NCBI GenBank assembly: GCA_016930035.1
Contig: JAFGHQ010000044.1
Coordinates: 1 to 56,516, forward strand
DNA length: 56,516 nucleotides
DNA from: Gammaproteobacteria bacterium
GTDB taxonomy: Bacteria > Pseudomonadota > Gammaproteobacteria > UBA12402
Direction of reading: 5' to 3'
Part shown: positions 53,552 to 56,516 of the stretch, piece after piece
Position numbering within the stretch: position 1 is the first letter of the stretch
How the letters are laid out: the number at the start of each line of letters is the position of its first letter
Program-made: the position numbers and the translations under genes
Notes under the pieces: generated by a model
Told to the model about the DNA's origin: nothing
Databases searched by the model: none
The model's input: the letters and a program-made list of their open reading frames with translations, nothing else

Positions 53552-56146
53552 TTAATCTCTGTGTTTTTTTACCCAATTTTCAACCTCGGCGAGTGCTTTA
53601 GGTAGTACTTTGGGATTATTGCCGCCCCCTTGTGCCATATCAGGGCGTCCGCCGCCCTTACCGCCAATTTGTTCAGCAATCATTTTGACCAGCTCCCCGG
53701 CATGGAGTTGTTTGGTTAAATTCTGCGTGATTCCGGCAACCAGATGAATGTTTTCTTCATCCACCCCCGCTAAAACGACAACAGCTTTTTTAAGTTTATT
53801 TTTGAATTGGTCAACCATGGTCCGCATGTTTTTGATCTCAATGCCGCTCAATTCAGCGGTTAAAATATGAACATCCTGTATTTTTTTGACGTGTGAAAGT
53901 AATGCATCGGCTTGATTTTGAGTCAATTTCGCTTTTAATTGTCCTAGTTCGCCTCGTAATTGGAATTGCTCGTCCAGAATTTGCTGGAGTCGCTCTAATA
54001 AGCGAGATTCATCTGTTTTAAGTAGAAACGCTGCCTGATTCAACAATTCAAATTTTTGATTAATAAAATCTAAGGCTCCTTGTGCCGTGACAGCTTCAAT
54101 GCGACGAATGCCGGCCGCAACGCCTGTTTCCGAAACAATTTTAAATAATCCAATATCGCCCGTGCGATTAACGTGTGTACCCCCGCACAGTTCAATGGAA
54201 AAATCGCCCATACATAACACACGAGCTTTTTCACCATATTTCTCGCCGAATAATGCCATGGCGCCTTTTGATTTGGCTTCTTCGGGAGACATGATTTCAG
54301 TTTTAACAAGATCATTAGCACGAATTTGTGCATTGACCATGGTCTCGATCGCTGAGAGTTCTTCAGGAGATACGGGGCGCATGTGTGAAAAATCAAATCT
54401 CAATCGATCGGGCGCCACCAGAGACCCCTTTTGCTCCACATGTTTGCCTAAAATGCGGCGCAATGCGCCATGCAGTAAGTGAGTGGCAGAATGATTAGCG
54501 GCAATGGCTTTTCGCCGTCTCTCGTTAATGGCGGTTTTAACTAAATCACCGAGTTGAATACCGCCTTTCTCAAGATAGCCATAATGCAGATAAGTACTGC
54601 CGATTTTTTGAGTGTCTTCAACGACGAATTTAGCGGTTGGAAATTCTAAAATTCCCGTATCGCCGACCTGCCCTCCTGATTCTGCATAAAATGAAGTACG
54701 ATCTAAGACCACGATACCTTTATCGCCCGCCTCCAGTTTTTTGGTGGGAGTATTATCTTTAAGTAGCGCTACGATCGAGCCATTGCCGCTTATATCTTCA
54801 TAACCCATAAATTCAGTAGGTTGTTGTGTACTGAATAATTCATTGTAATCAACGTCAAAATGACTTGCTTCTTGAGAACGTTTGCGTTGTTCATTCATCT
54901 CGCGCTCAAAGCCCGCCTCATCAATAGATAGACCATGTTCTTTTGCGATAACTGCGGTTAAATCGGTTGGAAATCCATAAGTATCGTAAAGTTTAAACAC
55001 CATATTTCCAGGAATGGTTTTCAGTTTGGGATATTGTTCAAGATAATCCTCTAGGATTTTCAATCCATGATCGAGCGTTTTTGCAAAGAGTTCTTCTTCT
55101 AGGAGTAACGTGTCTTCAATAATAACTTTGCGGTCCATTAAAATAGGATATGCTTCCCCCATCAGTTCGACGAGAGGTGTTACTAATTTGTAAAAGAAGG
55201 GTTCTTGAACGCCCAGTTTGTTGCCATGTCGAAGCGCTCGTCTAATGATGCGTCTTAACACATAACCGCGGCCTTCATTGGAAGGATACACGCTGTCTGC
55301 GATTAGGAACGCAGCGGAACGAATATGATCGGCAATTACGCGAACCGACGGGGATTGGTTGTCTATTGTTTTTGTTATTTTTAGGATGGCTTGAATCAAA
55401 TCTTGAAATAAGTCAATTTCGTAGTTGTTATGGACGCCTTGCAAGATAGCAGCGATGCGTTCTAAACCCATACCCGTGTCAATGGAAGGATTGGGTAATG
55501 GCGTCATGTTACCTTCAGCGTCTCGGTTAAATTGCATGAAAACCAAATTCCAAACTTCGATATAGCGATCGCCATCTTCATCGGGACTGCCCGGAGGCCC
55601 TCCTGGAATTTCCTCGCCGTGATCGTAGAAAATTTCAGAGCAAGGGCCGCATGGGCCTGTATCGCCCATCGACCAAAAGTTTTCATCAAGACGGATGACG
55701 CGGTTTTTTGTTATGCCAATTTCCTTTATCCAAATATCTGCTGCGTCATCATCATCTTTATAAACTGTGACCCAGAGTTTTTCTTTAGGGAGTTTGAATA
55801 CTTGAGTTAAACATTCCCATGCAAATTGAATGGCTTCTCGTTTAAAATAATCGCCGAAACTAAAATTACCGAGCATTTCAAAGAAGGTATGGTGTCGTGC
55901 GGTAAACCCGACATTTTCTAAGTCATTATGTTTTCCACCAGCGCGAACGCAACGTTGCACTGTCGTGGCGCGTGTATAAGGGCGTTTGTCAAGACCTAGA
56001 AAGACATCTTTGAACTGTACCATCCCGGCGTTGGTGAATAAAAGTGTGGGGTCATTGCCTGGGACTAAAGAGCTGCTTGGGGCTATTTGATGTCCGCGCT
56101 CTTTGAAATAATTTAAGAAAAGTTTTCTGATTTTGTTGGTTTTCAT
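53552..56146 (-). CDS. alaS: Alanine--tRNA ligase
   Basis: Class II aaRS motifs ([37 protein letters not shown]), editing-domain HxxxH (HSATHLLH .. CGGTH) and a C-terminal DHHA1-like [12 protein letters not shown]. The ATG at 56146 lies inside the track ORF that starts with TTG at 56161. Confidence 0.96.
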   Translation of the reverse strand: MKTNKIRKLFLNYFKERGHQIAPSSSLVPGNDPTLLFTNAGMVQFKDVFLGLDKRPYTRATTVQRCVRAGGKHNDLENVGFTARHHTFFEMLGNFSFGDYFKREAIQFAWECLTQVFKLPKEKLWVTVYKDDDDAADIWIKEIGITKNRVIRLDENFWSMGDTGPCGPCSEIFYDHGEEIPGGPPGSPDEDGDRYIEVWNLVFMQFNRDAEGNMTPLPNPSIDTGMGLERIAAILQGVHNNYEIDLFQDLIQAILKITKTIDNQSPSVRVIADHIRSAAFLIADSVYPSNEGRGYVLRRIIRRALRHGNKLGVQEPFFYKLVTPLVELMGEAYPILMDRKVIIEDTLLLEEELFAKTLDHGLKILEDYLEQYPKLKTIPGNMVFKLYDTYGFPTDLTAVIAKEHGLSIDEAGFEREMNEQRKRSQEASHFDVDYNELFSTQQPTEFMGYEDISGNGSIVALLKDNTPTKKLEAGDKGIVVLDRTSFYAESGGQVGDTGILEFPTAKFVVEDTQKIGSTYLHYGYLEKGGIQLGDLVKTAINERRRKAIAANHSATHLLHGALRRILGKHVEQKGSLVAPDRLRFDFSHMRPVSPEELSAIETMVNAQIRANDLVKTEIMSPEEAKSKGAMALFGEKYGEKARVLCMGDFSIELCGGTHVNRTGDIGLFKIVSETGVAAGIRRIEAVTAQGALDFINQKFELLNQAAFLLKTDESRLLERLQQILDEQFQLRGELGQLKAKLTQNQADALLSHVKKIQDVHILTAELSGIEIKNMRTMVDQFKNKLKKAVVVLAGVDEENIHLVAGITQNLTKQLHAGELVKMIAEQIGGKGGGRPDMAQGGGNNPKVLPKALAEVENWVKKHRD

Positions 56147-56292
56147 AGAAATAGTTCTCAATGGGTAAGAAAAGTTGAAACAGTTTATATCATAAGTTAT
56201 GAGTAAAAGGTAGGGGGTTGGTTTGGGTTTTATTGGAGGTGATTTTGGTAATCGTAGGTTGGGTTGAGGGGGCTGTTGGGGTCTGCGCGTGT

Positions 56293-56320
56293 GTCATCCT
56301 GAAATTGATTCAGGATCCAG
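56293..56320. repeat. Isolated family-A hairpin module (GTCATCCTGAAATTGATTCAGGATCCAG)
   Basis: One substitution compared with the module inside 15802-15967. A family-B-like module (GTCATTCAGAGCGCAGCGAAGAATCT) lies at 56467-56492. Confidence 0.75.
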
Positions 56321-56516
56321 GAGGATTCGTCGGGAACGAATTTTTTATTTGGAGTAGTTTGGTGTGGGGATAGGAAGGGGAATGGGGCATAGATTTGGCT
56401 GGATATTAGAAATAAAATGGCGGGGTGAAATTGGGTTTTATGGGGCTGTTGCGATCTGATCATTTTGTCATTCAGAGCGCAGCGAAGAATCTTTAAAATC
56501 AAAGACTTATAATTTT

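Noticed and set aside
56230-56502. 90-aa minus-strand ORF at the window end
   Set aside because: It spans isolated family-A and family-B repeat modules and G-rich low-complexity DNA, so it is most likely an artefact of repeat translation.

Overview
This is an AT-rich (roughly 38-40% GC by eye) gammaproteobacterial chromosome segment. Its gene content looks most like Legionellales/Coxiellaceae, which is an inference from several features: a mevalonate module, a DsbA2/Com1-like oxidoreductase, an ankyrin protein, and an rpmH-linked DnaA-box region with no dnaA. All product calls come from motifs I could read in the supplied translations; no searches were run.

Most of the window is core housekeeping:
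- parB, priA, rsmG and parA
- lptD-surA, followed by HMG-CoA reductase, HMG-CoA synthase, mevalonate kinase and rsmI
- pal-cpoB, yggS, murA and polA
- yibN-secB, facing gpmI-envC
- an MscK-like channel and a MacB-type permease
- mnmE-yidC-yidD-rnpA-rpmH (rpmH is not in the ORF track)
- mltB, mtnN and alaS
- three tRNAs: Leu-CAG, Lys-UUU and Arg-ACG

On top of this sit features that ordinary annotation would miss:
1. At least four families of short palindromic or MITE-like repeats. Several copies lie inside operons, and one family brackets the whole mnmE-to-rpmH/DnaA-box block.
2. A 1431-aa fusion of two BcrAD/BadFG-type activase ATPase domains with dehydratase/DUF2229-like cysteine-rich domains. 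It sits next to an orphan receiver, a TrmB-like regulator and a DUF2156-like protein. This is my best candidate for an uncharacterised system.
3. An oriC/ARS-like AT-rich spacer with two perfect inverted DnaA boxes beside rpmH, but no dnaA.
4. A mevalonate module placed in the lptD-surA operon.
5. Decayed defence or mobile genes inactivated only by in-frame stop codons: AbiEii, a full-length DUF1016/YhcG-like frame with four stops, and a Tn3-family transposase remnant.
6. Candidate secreted or effector-like proteins: an ankyrin protein splitting rsmG-parA, an APH-like kinase, and an exported MtnN.

No rRNA genes, CRISPR arrays or intact transposases were seen.
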